This document shows positions 21,205 through 30,055 of a stretch of DNA of 64,000 bases, in pieces. Where the stretch lies: NCBI GenBank assembly GCA_964352375.1, contig CAYGSA010000001.1, positions 26,714-90,713 of the forward strand, read 5' to 3'. The translations under genes were made by a program, and so were the position numbers. Origin of the DNA: an uncultured Micavibrio sp. Lineage in GTDB: Bacteria > Pseudomonadota > Alphaproteobacteria > Micavibrionales > Micavibrionaceae. The notes under the pieces were generated by a model, which was given only the letters and a program-made list of their open reading frames with translations, ran no database searches and was not told the DNA's origin. Positions within the stretch are counted from its first letter, which is position 1, and each line of letters opens with the position of its first letter.

Positions 21205-22332
21205 TTATGATCGCAACCAATATTTGATCGGCACCCAAACATCTTGCTGCGCATTTTTTCCTGCAATGAGCCCTATATGCCCTGTTTGCGCTTTTTGGAT
21301 TTCTGTTCTAGCGTTTGTAATGTTTTTGGTTAATGCTTCCGCACAGTCAAAAGGCACCAGCTTATCCTTATTAGATGCTACTATAAGAAGATCTGTGCCT
21401 GGCATCGTAATTTTTTTTTGGCATAGATCGTTCTTTATGAACCATTTTTGAATACAATGATGCGCGATATTATGTGGTATGTCTACGCCGTCATTGAGCC
21501 AGTCTTCTACAGTTATAAACTTTTGTGCCCTTGTACTGCTTGGGTCCATTTTTGAGAATTCGACGAATTTACGCGCTGAGCCTTTTGGATCAATGCTTGC
21601 AAAAAGAGCCTGTATCCACTGTGCAGGAAGATTTCTGCGTTTTTGCATCATGGACAAAGCCATGGGTGACCATATACGTACCTGCTTGGAAAACTTTGAG
21701 CTTTCTACCTTGAAATCCCATGGGGCCGCGAGAGCTATTATACGTCTTATTTTTACTGGTATCTTCTCGAAATTCTCCATAAAAAGCGTTCCGCCCATGC
21801 AATATCCCAGAACGTCTATTTCATTTTCACTGGCATCGTCGCATGCGTATTCAAGGGCAGGATTTAGTCTATTTTCTATCAACGTTTCTATCGTCTCATC
21901 ATCCTCAAGATTACCCCAATCAAAGAGAATTGCGTTGATTTTATTTTTCTGTAGCCACCTCATAATTGAGTCTTGCTCTGACAAATCGAAGATATTTGAC
22001 TTGTTTATGAGCGAGGGAATTAAGATTAGTGGCCTCCCTCCCCCATGTTTTTCTTGCTTGGATGGTTTTATTAGCTTTGTGCCATTACGTTGTTGCCAGA
22101 GTATTGTATTTTTAAGATCTGGCGCTTTAATATCACTTTTTTGATACGTCTGTATGCCGCGCACCATTTGCACAGCATCTTCCTGTGACAATGTGTCGCC
22201 ACAGGTTTTAGTGAAGTGCTCAATACCTTCCATATTGGCGGCGGCCATGCCTAAATGAACGGATAAAGGATGTATTAATCTTCTCATTCTTTTTCCCAAA
22301 TCATGTTGCAGCATAAAAAAAATATTGCGCAA
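21205..22332 (-). CDS. phaC: Short PhaC-like poly(3-hydroxyalkanoate) synthase (alpha/beta hydrolase, class III/IV-sized)
   Basis: Lipase-box-like VLGYCMGGT with Cys. Candidate Asp (SNKDKLVP) and His (QTGHIGLI) are present. PLILIPSLINKSNIFDL...DWG resembles class III PhaC. The start is ambiguous (TTG 22332, ATG 22314, or later). Confidence 0.6.
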   Translation of the reverse strand: MRNIFFMLQHDLGKRMRRLIHPLSVHLGMAAANMEGIEHFTKTCGDTLSQEDAVQMVRGIQTYQKSDIKAPDLKNTILWQQRNGTKLIKPSKQEKHGGGRPLILIPSLINKSNIFDLSEQDSIMRWLQKNKINAILFDWGNLEDDETIETLIENRLNPALEYACDDASENEIDVLGYCMGGTLFMENFEKIPVKIRRIIALAAPWDFKVESSKFSKQVRIWSPMALSMMQKRRNLPAQWIQALFASIDPKGSARKFVEFSKMDPSSTRAQKFITVEDWLNDGVDIPHNIAHHCIQKWFIKNDLCQKKITMPGTDLLIVASNKDKLVPFDCAEALTKNITNARTEIQKAQTGHIGLIAGKNAQQDVWVPIKYWLRS

Positions 22333-22416
22333 ATGAGTTATGAGTTCTTTTTATTTGTTTAATTTTGTGCATAATAGAAAGTATATTCTTATTCATTATA
22401 AAATTAAAGGTGCAAC

Positions 22417-22947
22417 ATGGCCAATAAAAGCAATGGAACGCGTAAACCTACTGTTATCAAAAAATATGCTAATCGCCGTCTTTACGATACTGGGCGTAGC
22501 AGCTATGTCACGCTAGATGATTTGTGCGAGATGGTGCAAGAGGATCATGACTTCGTCGTAATCGATGCAAAAAGTGGTGATGACATTACACGAAGCGTTT
22601 TAACTCAGATTATTGCAGATCAGGAATCTACTGATGAAACTTTGCTGCCAACAAACTTTATGCGTACGCTGATTAGCTTCTATGGCAACAGTGCGAAAGC
22701 CATGCTGCCTAGCTATCTTGAACAGAGTATGAATATGTTCGAGCAAAACCAAGAGCGTTTTAAGGAACAAATTGCAAAATCTTTTGAAGGCATTCCAAAC
22801 ATGGAGAATATTTTCCCTCAGGCTAAAAATATGGAAGAGATCGCTCGTAAGAATATGGAAATCTATCAGAATGCAATTAAGATGATGCCTCCATTTAACA
22901 TGGCTTATATGTCAGATGATGAAAGTGATAGCAAAAAATCCAAGTAA
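22417..22947 (+). CDS. phaR: Polyhydroxyalkanoate synthesis repressor PhaR
   Basis: Shows IKKYANRRLYDTGRSSYVTLDDL...ITRSVLTQII. It is divergent from phaC. Confidence 0.9.
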   Translation: MANKSNGTRKPTVIKKYANRRLYDTGRSSYVTLDDLCEMVQEDHDFVVIDAKSGDDITRSVLTQIIADQESTDETLLPTNFMRTLISFYGNSAKAMLPSYLEQSMNMFEQNQERFKEQIAKSFEGIPNMENIFPQAKNMEEIARKNMEIYQNAIKMMPPFNMAYMSDDESDSKKSK

Positions 22948-22951
22948 TTCG

Positions 22952-24928
22952 TTATTTTTGTGACAATGGTTTAAGCTCTTGGCTTAAAAGGTCTTCTGGC
23001 TTTAGGGTCGTTGTGCTTGTGCTATTGTCCGAAAGTTCTTGAGAGATTACTTCTTGCGGCTTAACGGATTCATAAATGTGATTACCGTTAGCATTCAGAA
23101 GTGGTTTTACTTTATCGACTTTTGGATAGGATGTTTCAATTATTTTCACACCCTCTACTTCTGTGGTCACTTGTTTTTTGGGTTTAATGTAAGTCACAGT
23201 TGATTTTATCGTATCTGTTTCCAAAGGTGCGTTAGGCACGGTTTCCTCTCCGTCCTCCCTAAAAACAACTGATTTCTTTTGTTGTTTTGCAGCGAGCAGC
23301 TGGATACGTGCTTTTAGCTCCTGATTTTCTAACTGAAGAGCCGTTATATCTTCATCTATGTCACTTGCAATTGCCGCATCCTTTATTCGCTTTTGGTACT
23401 CGCCTATTTCCGCGCGATACGCCGATTCTAGATCATCCTTCTTTTTAATCTCTTCTTGAAGGCCCTTCATTTGTTGTTTAAGAGCCGTAATTTGAGAATT
23501 GTTTTCTTTTTCTTTTAAAACACTCTGCGCATAGGAGTCATTTTTCATGCGTAATTGCTTTACTGTTTCCGTCAAACCTTGGAGCTGTTCAACTTGTGCT
23601 CTTGCATCATTTAAACTTTCTATCAATTCTTGATTTTTCTTCACAAGATTTTGAGCCGTTTCATCGTTTGAGTATTTTGCTTTTGTTTCAAACTCAAGTT
23701 GCCTCTTTAGACCTAGATTCTCAGTTATAAGCGCTTCGACTTTCTTTACCACAGTAGCGTTCTCATTGAGGCTATCTGTTTGTGCTTTGATGGTTTCTCG
23801 CAGGCTATTGTTTTGGGCCAGCAAAAGTGCAATATTTTCATTTGGCTCTTCTGTGATAATGTCGTTTTTCTCATTGAGCTTCTTGCTTAGAGCTGTCTTT
23901 TCTTTCTCTAAAACCTTTATCTGATTTTCAAGTGTTGTTACTTTTGTGTTTGGGGCTTGGGATACTGACGCTGGGCTTCTTTCAAGTTCGCTAAGCTTAG
24001 AATTTAAAACCACTTTTTCTTGCTCCAAATTCTTTATTTCCCTTTCGAGCTTGGTGATTTCCTGACTTTGAGCCTGTACATTACTATTAAGACCATCTAT
24101 ATCTGATTTTCTTTGTAAATCAATGCCTTGGGATTCTTTTTTTAAGTTAGAATTCTCTTGCTCCAGAAGTTCAACCTTAGCCTTTAAAGAGGCCTGTACA
24201 CTGATTTGGTTTTCTTTTTCGGCTTCAAGGGCTTGGCTTTTCTTTTCAAGGCCTTCAATTTTTTCCTGCACTTTATTTTCAAGGGAATTCGAGTCTGTTT
24301 TCAGTGCTAATTCAATATCTTGTGTTTTCTTTTTAAGTTTCGAATTGTCTTGTTCTAGCTTAGCTATCTTATCCTTTAAAGGTGCCAATAGCCTATTTTG
24401 GTTTTCTTTTTCACTTTTTAGTCTCTGGTTCTGTTGCTTTAGAGTCTTGATTTCTGCTTCTAGCGAGGAAGTATCTGATAGTGCCGCGATATTTGCTGGT
24501 TCCCGCAGCCTCCTATTCTCTTGCATGATACGCTGATTGCTTTCCGTTACGGCTCTGAGCTGCATAGTAAGACGGTCATTGTCTTGATTTAAGGAATATA
24601 TTTTGCTTACAGATAGATCGTCAATATTTTGGCTTCTTTCTGAATCTAATTGAGCGATTAGCCTCTTATTTTCTTGAATTAATGCCTGAATTTGTGTGCT
24701 GTATGATTGATTTTGAAGATCTTCTTTTTCCTTGTTTGCATTGCGACGCATTTGTGTAATGGCATTACGAAGCTGTTCATTTTCTCTTTCCAAACGCTCT
24801 AATTGTGCCTGGACGCTAGAACGTGCGCTAAACTGTTTTTCTTGATTATCTTGATCCCAGGCAGCAGGAGCCGGAGCCGTTAAAAAAACCAAACATGACG
24901 TTGATAAAATTAGTTTTCGTAAATCCAT
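22952..24928 (-). CDS. Secreted coiled-coil repeat protein (function unknown)
   Basis: 658 aa. Signal-peptide-like MDLRKLILSTSCLVFLTAPAPAAW. The remainder is dominated by heptad-like E/K/Q/L/N sequence with an internal tandem duplication. Confidence 0.6.
   Translation of the reverse strand: MDLRKLILSTSCLVFLTAPAPAAWDQDNQEKQFSARSSVQAQLERLERENEQLRNAITQMRRNANKEKEDLQNQSYSTQIQALIQENKRLIAQLDSERSQNIDDLSVSKIYSLNQDNDRLTMQLRAVTESNQRIMQENRRLREPANIAALSDTSSLEAEIKTLKQQNQRLKSEKENQNRLLAPLKDKIAKLEQDNSKLKKKTQDIELALKTDSNSLENKVQEKIEGLEKKSQALEAEKENQISVQASLKAKVELLEQENSNLKKESQGIDLQRKSDIDGLNSNVQAQSQEITKLEREIKNLEQEKVVLNSKLSELERSPASVSQAPNTKVTTLENQIKVLEKEKTALSKKLNEKNDIITEEPNENIALLLAQNNSLRETIKAQTDSLNENATVVKKVEALITENLGLKRQLEFETKAKYSNDETAQNLVKKNQELIESLNDARAQVEQLQGLTETVKQLRMKNDSYAQSVLKEKENNSQITALKQQMKGLQEEIKKKDDLESAYRAEIGEYQKRIKDAAIASDIDEDITALQLENQELKARIQLLAAKQQKKSVVFREDGEETVPNAPLETDTIKSTVTYIKPKKQVTTEVEGVKIIETSYPKVDKVKPLLNANGNHIYESVKPQEVISQELSDNSTSTTTLKPEDLLSQELKPLSQK
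24020..24412 (-). repeat. Diverged tandem duplication (about 2 x 63 codons) inside the coiled-coil gene
   Basis: Unit 1 is EKENQNRLLAPLKDKIAKLEQDNSKLKKKTQDIELALKTDSNSLENKVQEKIEGLEKKSQALEA. Unit 2 is EKENQISVQASLKAKVELLEQENSNLKKESQGIDLQRKSDIDGLNSNVQAQSQEITKLEREIKNLEQ. The similarity is also visible at DNA level (for example ...tttggttttctttttc... recurs). Confidence 0.6.
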
Positions 24929-25015
24929 GACTTGAACTTCCTTACTGAACGGACAGTTATAATATTATGTTAACGATAGAATCGCAAGGAAAATATACAG
25001 ATTTTTATACCTATT

Positions 25016-26117
25016 TTATTCTCCAGCCCTTTGGGCGAGTGAAGCCTCAAGAAACATATCCAAATCGCCATCTAGTACCGCCTGACTTTGTGAAGTTTCA
25101 ACAGATGTTCGCAGGTCTTTTACCATTTGGTATGGGTGCAGGACATACGAGCGAATTTGGTGCCCCCAACCAATATCTGTTTTTTCGCCATGCTCGGCAG
25201 CCTGCTCTTCTTCGCGTTTTTGAAGCTCAGCCTCGTAAAGGCGCGCCTTGAGCATTTCCATTGCTGTAGCTTTGTTTTGATGTTGTGACCGGCCATTTTG
25301 ACATGCAGCGACGGTTCCTGTCGGTGTATGTGTAATCCTTACGGCACTGTCAGTTTTATTCACGTGCTGCCCCCCTGCTCCGCTTGATCTATATGTGTCT
25401 ATGCGAAGGTCTTTTTCATCTATTTCGATGTTAATGGTATCGTCTATAACGGGAGAGACAGATACGGATGCGAAGCTTGTATGGCGTTTTTTAGCAGAGT
25501 CAAAAGGTGATATTCGTACCAGACGATGCACGCCAGTTTCGGTTTTCATCCAGCCATAAGCCTGATGCCCTTCAATTTTAAGTGTTGTCGATTTGATCCC
25601 TGCCTCCTCGCCTTCACTGCGCTCTAATGTTGTATAGTTGTAGCCCTTCGAATCAGCCCACCGCATATACATACGAAGGATCATTTCCGCCCAATCTTGG
25701 GCTTCAGTGCCTCCTGCTCCTGCGTTCACTTGCAGATAGACATCATTACTATCAACCTCGCCTGATAATAGACCCTCAAGCCGTTTACGAGCGGCTCTCT
25801 TTTTGAGAATTTCTAATCCCTGCTCCGCTTCTTTTATAACTATTGTGTCATTTTCTTCTTCAGCAAGCTCTATGAGGTCAAGTATATTTTGCAGATCTTC
25901 TTCTATTTCATTGACAGAGTCGATGGACTGAACGAGGTATGTGCGCTCTTTCATTAATATCTGTGCTTTGGTTGAATCAGCCCATAGATCCGGGTCCTCA
26001 GAAAGCGCATTGAGTTCATCTAGGCGAGAAAGTGCACTCTCCCAGTCAAAGATGCCTCCGAAGGATAGAGATTGCTTCTGTGATTTCGTTTGCTTTTTCT
26101 TCTATTTCTGCGCGCAT
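25016..26117 (-). CDS. prfB: Peptide chain release factor 2 (requires a programmed +1 frameshift)
   Basis: The 23-codon leader MRAEIEEKANEITEAISILRRHL ends at in-frame TGA 26048-26046. The +1 frame continues DWESALSRLDELNALSEDPDLW... into ORF 25016..25954, which carries SPF and GGQ motifs. The total is about 366 aa. Confidence 0.93.
26045..26059 (-). promoter_or_regulatory. RF2 autoregulatory frameshift site: GGAGG-CAT-CTT TGA C
   Basis: The minus strand reads CGG AGG CAT CTT TGA C. The internal SD-like GGAGG (26059-26055) sits 3 nt upstream of the slippery CTT (26051-26049), followed by TGA C. This is the same layout as the classical prfB site. Confidence 0.9.
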
Positions 26118-26131
26118 ACGATCCCTTTTTC

Positions 26132-26836
26132 TTAAGCCGCTTGATGAGACTTTGGCAGGGTATCAGATGAAACTATTTTTTCAATATATGTCTCATTGTT
26201 TAAAACGCTAGAAATTGCGTGCATGAGCTTTTCATCGATATCACGGTAACGTGATAATGTGATCAGGTTTTTACTGACAACGAGGTTTTTTGAGGCACAG
26301 CGTCCACCTACGGTGCTAAGCTTGTCACATATTTTGTCTTTGGCAGCGATCGAATAGCCATTCGCCATTTGATAATACATCAGAAGATCTACAGCCTGAT
26401 TATAAATAATTGTTGGCTTGCCCGTGTCGAGGAAACCAGAAATAAATGACTTAAGCTCGTTTGCCTGCCTTAACTTATCGATACTCCTTACTCCACCAGG
26501 AATAACCAAAATATCGTAATCCGTAGGAATAGCTTTACTCAAATAATTATCAGCTGCGTATTTTTCACTCCAATTTGACTCTGATTTTTGCTTTTCTTCT
26601 CGCCAAGATTTAACCAGTGGTGTCATTACTGATATGATTCGTGTATCAACAGCCATTTTTTTCAATACTGATTCAGCCTGAATTAGCTCTCTTTCACAGA
26701 AGCCGTTTTCAACCAGCATCGCCGCTTTTTTTGCTACTAGAGATTTTTTATTAACGCTCACTGTTATTTCCTTCGTGTAATCTGACAATGCTTGTTGTTT
26801 TAATTTTAGACATTTTTCATTTTTTGTGCAATGCAA
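26132..26836 (-). CDS. DJ-1/PfpI-like (class I glutamine amidotransferase-like fold) protein, apparently lacking the nucleophile Cys
   Basis: Shows KKAAMLVENGFCERELIQAESVLKKMAVDTRIISV and YDILVIPGGVRSIDKLRQANELKSFISGFLDTGKPTIIYNQAVDLL. The start is uncertain: GTG 26761, preceded by AAGGA, is an alternative. Confidence 0.5.
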   Translation of the reverse strand: MHCTKNEKCLKLKQQALSDYTKEITVSVNKKSLVAKKAAMLVENGFCERELIQAESVLKKMAVDTRIISVMTPLVKSWREEKQKSESNWSEKYAADNYLSKAIPTDYDILVIPGGVRSIDKLRQANELKSFISGFLDTGKPTIIYNQAVDLLMYYQMANGYSIAAKDKICDKLSTVGGRCASKNLVVSKNLITLSRYRDIDEKLMHAISSVLNNETYIEKIVSSDTLPKSHQAA

Positions 26837-27022
26837 AAAGACATAAGAATTATTTTATTACCAACTATTGCTGTCTAAATTACAAACTAAACTTTACATT
26901 TTTGCTAATTGTAGATAAGAATTATGATGTAAACGTTTATTAAAGATAGTAGATTCATTTTTTCTAGTGCGATAATAAGATTTAATAAATAAAAGATAGT
27001 AAAAGTTTTGAGGAGCAATATT

Positions 27023-27901
27023 ATGAGACCCATGCGCGCCATTATGTTGACTGCGGGTGTTCTGACACTCGGTGGTTGTACGGTGTTTGACACATACAGT
27101 GAAATAGAAGCCTTAAATCAGGCGGAGCATGTTGGAAGCCCTTTCGCACAATCTCTTGCATCGGAATATAAGGACTTTGCGAATTTTCAGCTGGATGAAG
27201 CTTTTGATTATCCAGACGCATTACATTTTGCGCGCAAAGGCTTGGCAGCATCGGCTGGGGAAGCTGTAATGCCTGAGCCAGTGACAGATTGGAATCTCAG
27301 CAATCCGCACATAAAAGAGCTTTCTGGTGCTCGTGGGCGACTCATTATTGCTTATGATTTGGGGGCGCGTGAAGTTGCTCCCGCTACTGCTGCTAAGGCG
27401 CAGGTTAAGTTTGATTGCTGGATAGAACAGCAGGAGGAGAACTGGAAATCACAGGAAGTTGTGACGTGCAAGCAAGAGTTTTTGACTGCCATAGCTGAGT
27501 TAGAAGGGCTAGTTCAGCAACCTTCTGCTCCGAAGGAACCTGTTAAAGAGCTGCCTCCACTCGTTCCTGAAGACGCCCTATATCTTGTATTTTTCAACTG
27601 GGATTCTGCTGAGCTGAGTGCTGGTGCCAAGAATGTGATCGAAGCCATAGCAGAGGAAGTTGCAAAGAACCCACCTGAGCAGGTTATCATTAACGGTTAT
27701 GCCGATACCTCTGGTGATAAGGACTATAATAAAAAGCTTGGCTTTAAACGTGCATCCAATGTTCGTGATGCCCTTGTTGCTTTGGGTGTTAGTGAAGACA
27801 TGATGGCTATAGATAGTCTTGGTGAGGAAGAGTTACTTGTTTCCACATCAGATGACGTGCGTGAGCCTGCTAATCGACGCGTTAATGTCTCATTTAAGTA
27901 A
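27023..27901 (+). CDS. OmpA-family lipoprotein (peptidoglycan-associated, OmpA_C domain)
   Basis: Lipobox LTLGGC. The C-terminal FNWDSAELSAGAKNVI...INGYADTSGDKDYNKKLGFKRASNVRDALVALGV...ANRRVNVSF is an OmpA-like domain. GAGGAG sits 7 nt upstream of ATG 27023. Confidence 0.85.
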   Translation: MRPMRAIMLTAGVLTLGGCTVFDTYSEIEALNQAEHVGSPFAQSLASEYKDFANFQLDEAFDYPDALHFARKGLAASAGEAVMPEPVTDWNLSNPHIKELSGARGRLIIAYDLGAREVAPATAAKAQVKFDCWIEQQEENWKSQEVVTCKQEFLTAIAELEGLVQQPSAPKEPVKELPPLVPEDALYLVFFNWDSAELSAGAKNVIEAIAEEVAKNPPEQVIINGYADTSGDKDYNKKLGFKRASNVRDALVALGVSEDMMAIDSLGEEELLVSTSDDVREPANRRVNVSFK

Positions 27902-27933
27902 GATGTTTATTACACCCTAATTGTTTATAAAGG

Positions 27934-27959
27934 AGCGCAGTTTCATGCGCTTCTTTTTT
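27934..27959 (+). terminator. Rho-independent terminator after the OmpA-family gene
   Basis: Stem AGCGCA (27934-39) pairs with TGCGCT (27946-51) across a 6-nt loop, followed by TCTTTTTT. Confidence 0.6.
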
Positions 27960-27999
27960 AGTTTTAATTGTTTAGGTCTTTTTAAAAGGGCATTTTAAT

Positions 28000-29442
28000 T
28001 TGGATATTCGGCCAATTCTATATGTAAACGGTGTTTTACTGTCTATTCTGTCCCTCAGCATGGTTTTCCCCATGCTGGCAGATTTCTACTTTGGTTATGA
28101 TGACTGGAAAGTTTTTATGCTGTGTATCATCATCACTGCCTTTTTTGGGGGCGCTTTGATACTCAGCACATCCGGTCAAGCTTTTAATATCACGACACGC
28201 CAAGCGTTTTTATTGACTAATTCCGTCTGGATGATTTTGCCGACTTTTGGTGCGCTGCCTTTTTGGTTTTCATCCCTGGGAATGTCTTTTACAGACTCAT
28301 TCTTCGAGGCCATGTCCGGTATTACAACGACTGGATCAACTGTTATTGTTGGTCTTGATTACGCACCAGCAGGGATTTTATTCTGGCGTGCCACGCTTCA
28401 ATGGCTTGGTGGCATCGGGATTATCATTATGGCGATGTCTGTGTTGCCCTTCTTGAAGGTTGGTGGGATGCAAATTTTTGTGACCGAGCTTTCGGAGAAC
28501 GAGAAAGCCTTACCCCGAACGGCGCAGCTAGCGAGTTCTATTGCTGTTGTTTACACCTTTTTGACAGGTATATGTGCGGTTTGCTATATGTTTGTTGGAT
28601 TACAAGTTTTTGATGCTGTCACGCATGCGATGACAACAATTTCCACAGGTGGTTTTTCAACATTTGACACATCCTTTTCTCATTATGAAACTTATTCGCC
28701 ACAGTTTGTGGCTACTATTTTTATGATTATGGGAGGTATCCCCTTTTTGTTATATGTGAAAGCAATTCGCGGTGATGTTAAATCCCTATTCCACGATTCT
28801 CAGGTTCAATGGTTTTTTACGATTTTAGCGATCTGTATTACCATGATGACGATTTACCTTGTTTCGCATGATCATTTAGGTTTTACCGAGGCACTTCAGA
28901 AATCCTCTTTTAACATTGTTTCCATCATGACCGGGACTGGATATGGTGCGGGTGATTACAATGCCTGGGGTGGTTTTGCCGTAAGTTTGTTCTTTTTCCT
29001 TATGGTTGTTGGGGCTTGTGCGGGGTCGACATCCTGTGGAATTAAACTGTTCAGGTTTCAGGTGCTTTATAGCGTGACAAAAGTCCAAATTGCCAAGCTT
29101 TTACACCCAAATGGGGTTTTTCTTCCGCATTATAATGGTAAGCCCATGCCCAAAGATGTTCCTGGTTCTGTTATGGGGTTTTTCTTTATTTACGCACTGG
29201 GCTTTTCATTTTTAGCAATTGCGCTGTCTTTTGTGGGCTTGGACTTTATGACGGCCATGTCCGGTGCGGCAACATCTATTTCGAATGTTGGCCCTGGTCT
29301 GGGGCCAATCATTGGCCCCACTGGGACGTTCCAGCCTTTACCTGATAGTGCTAAATGGATTTTATCTGCGGGGATGCTGCTGGGACGACTTGAGCTGTTT
29401 ACAATTCTTGTTATGCTTTCTCCGCATTTTTGGAAAAGCTAA
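28000..29442 (+). CDS. trkH: TrkH-family potassium uptake protein
   Basis: 480 aa and polytopic. Shows repeated pore-loop motifs (TTTGSTV, ISTGGFST, TGTGYGA, ISNVGPG). TTG start. Confidence 0.88.
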   Translation: MDIRPILYVNGVLLSILSLSMVFPMLADFYFGYDDWKVFMLCIIITAFFGGALILSTSGQAFNITTRQAFLLTNSVWMILPTFGALPFWFSSLGMSFTDSFFEAMSGITTTGSTVIVGLDYAPAGILFWRATLQWLGGIGIIIMAMSVLPFLKVGGMQIFVTELSENEKALPRTAQLASSIAVVYTFLTGICAVCYMFVGLQVFDAVTHAMTTISTGGFSTFDTSFSHYETYSPQFVATIFMIMGGIPFLLYVKAIRGDVKSLFHDSQVQWFFTILAICITMMTIYLVSHDHLGFTEALQKSSFNIVSIMTGTGYGAGDYNAWGGFAVSLFFFLMVVGACAGSTSCGIKLFRFQVLYSVTKVQIAKLLHPNGVFLPHYNGKPMPKDVPGSVMGFFFIYALGFSFLAIALSFVGLDFMTAMSGAATSISNVGPGLGPIIGPTGTFQPLPDSAKWILSAGMLLGRLELFTILVMLSPHFWKS

Positions 29443-30020
29443 AATGCACCCTCTTCTCTTTCATACTCTAGAACTTTGCGAGCGATGTCGTATGAGAAGC
29501 CTGCGCGTGCTAATTTACCGAGAGATTTTTTCATATCCTCCTCTTCGCCCATAAAATAAGGCCCAATTCTTTTTTTACGCGCGAGCCTCAAAGCGGCTTG
29601 AAGCTCTGGATCTTCATCGTTATCGTTTTGCTCGTCTATCTTTTTTAGTTCTTCTAATGCCCGTTCTGCCTCTATTCCCTTCATACGCATTTTGTTCATG
29701 ATTATTGTGCGTGAAAATCCACGCCGCCTAAGTGATGTGATAACGGCGCGGGCGTAGACCTCATCATTAAGCAAGTCCAAACGTTCGAACTTATCCGCAA
29801 GCTCATCGACCATCTTTTGGCATTCTTCGTAATTTTGATCGGTGTGATGCATGCAGGAGCGCTTTACTTTGCGCATCATGACAAATTTAAAATGATTTTT
29901 GCTTGCGGAAAAACGCTCTAGGTAATACAGCCCTGAATTATGCAGATAAGTTGGCGTAATTTTACGCGGGATGCGCGGGGTTTTGTTCTTGTTTCGGGGC
30001 TTGTTTTTATATGCTTCCAT
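29439..30020 (-). CDS. recX: Regulatory protein RecX
   Basis: 193 aa. Shows YYLERFSASKNHFKFVMMRKV...NDEVYARAVITSLRRRGFSRTIIMNKMRMKGI, typical RecX three-helix repeats. Confidence 0.75.
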   Translation of the reverse strand: MEAYKNKPRNKNKTPRIPRKITPTYLHNSGLYYLERFSASKNHFKFVMMRKVKRSCMHHTDQNYEECQKMVDELADKFERLDLLNDEVYARAVITSLRRRGFSRTIIMNKMRMKGIEAERALEELKKIDEQNDNDEDPELQAALRLARKKRIGPYFMGEEEDMKKSLGKLARAGFSYDIARKVLEYEREEGAF

Positions 30021-30055
30021 ATTTATAACTTTATGATCATAACGCGCGGATATCC

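Noticed and set aside
21479-22144. 221-aa plus-strand ORF inside the phaC-like gene
   Set aside because: It is a shadow ORF antisense to a gene with PhaC-type Cys/Asp/His motifs. Its product is Ser/Phe/Leu/Ile/Cys-rich with no motifs. Similar shadow ORFs occur at 20115..20582 and 7427..7876, inside phaA and ilvD respectively.
26905-27093. 62-aa minus-strand ORF in the AT-rich spacer upstream of the OmpA-family gene
   Set aside because: It has a hydrophobic, AT-driven composition, overlaps the lipoprotein start, and has no RBS. It is most likely non-coding promoter DNA.
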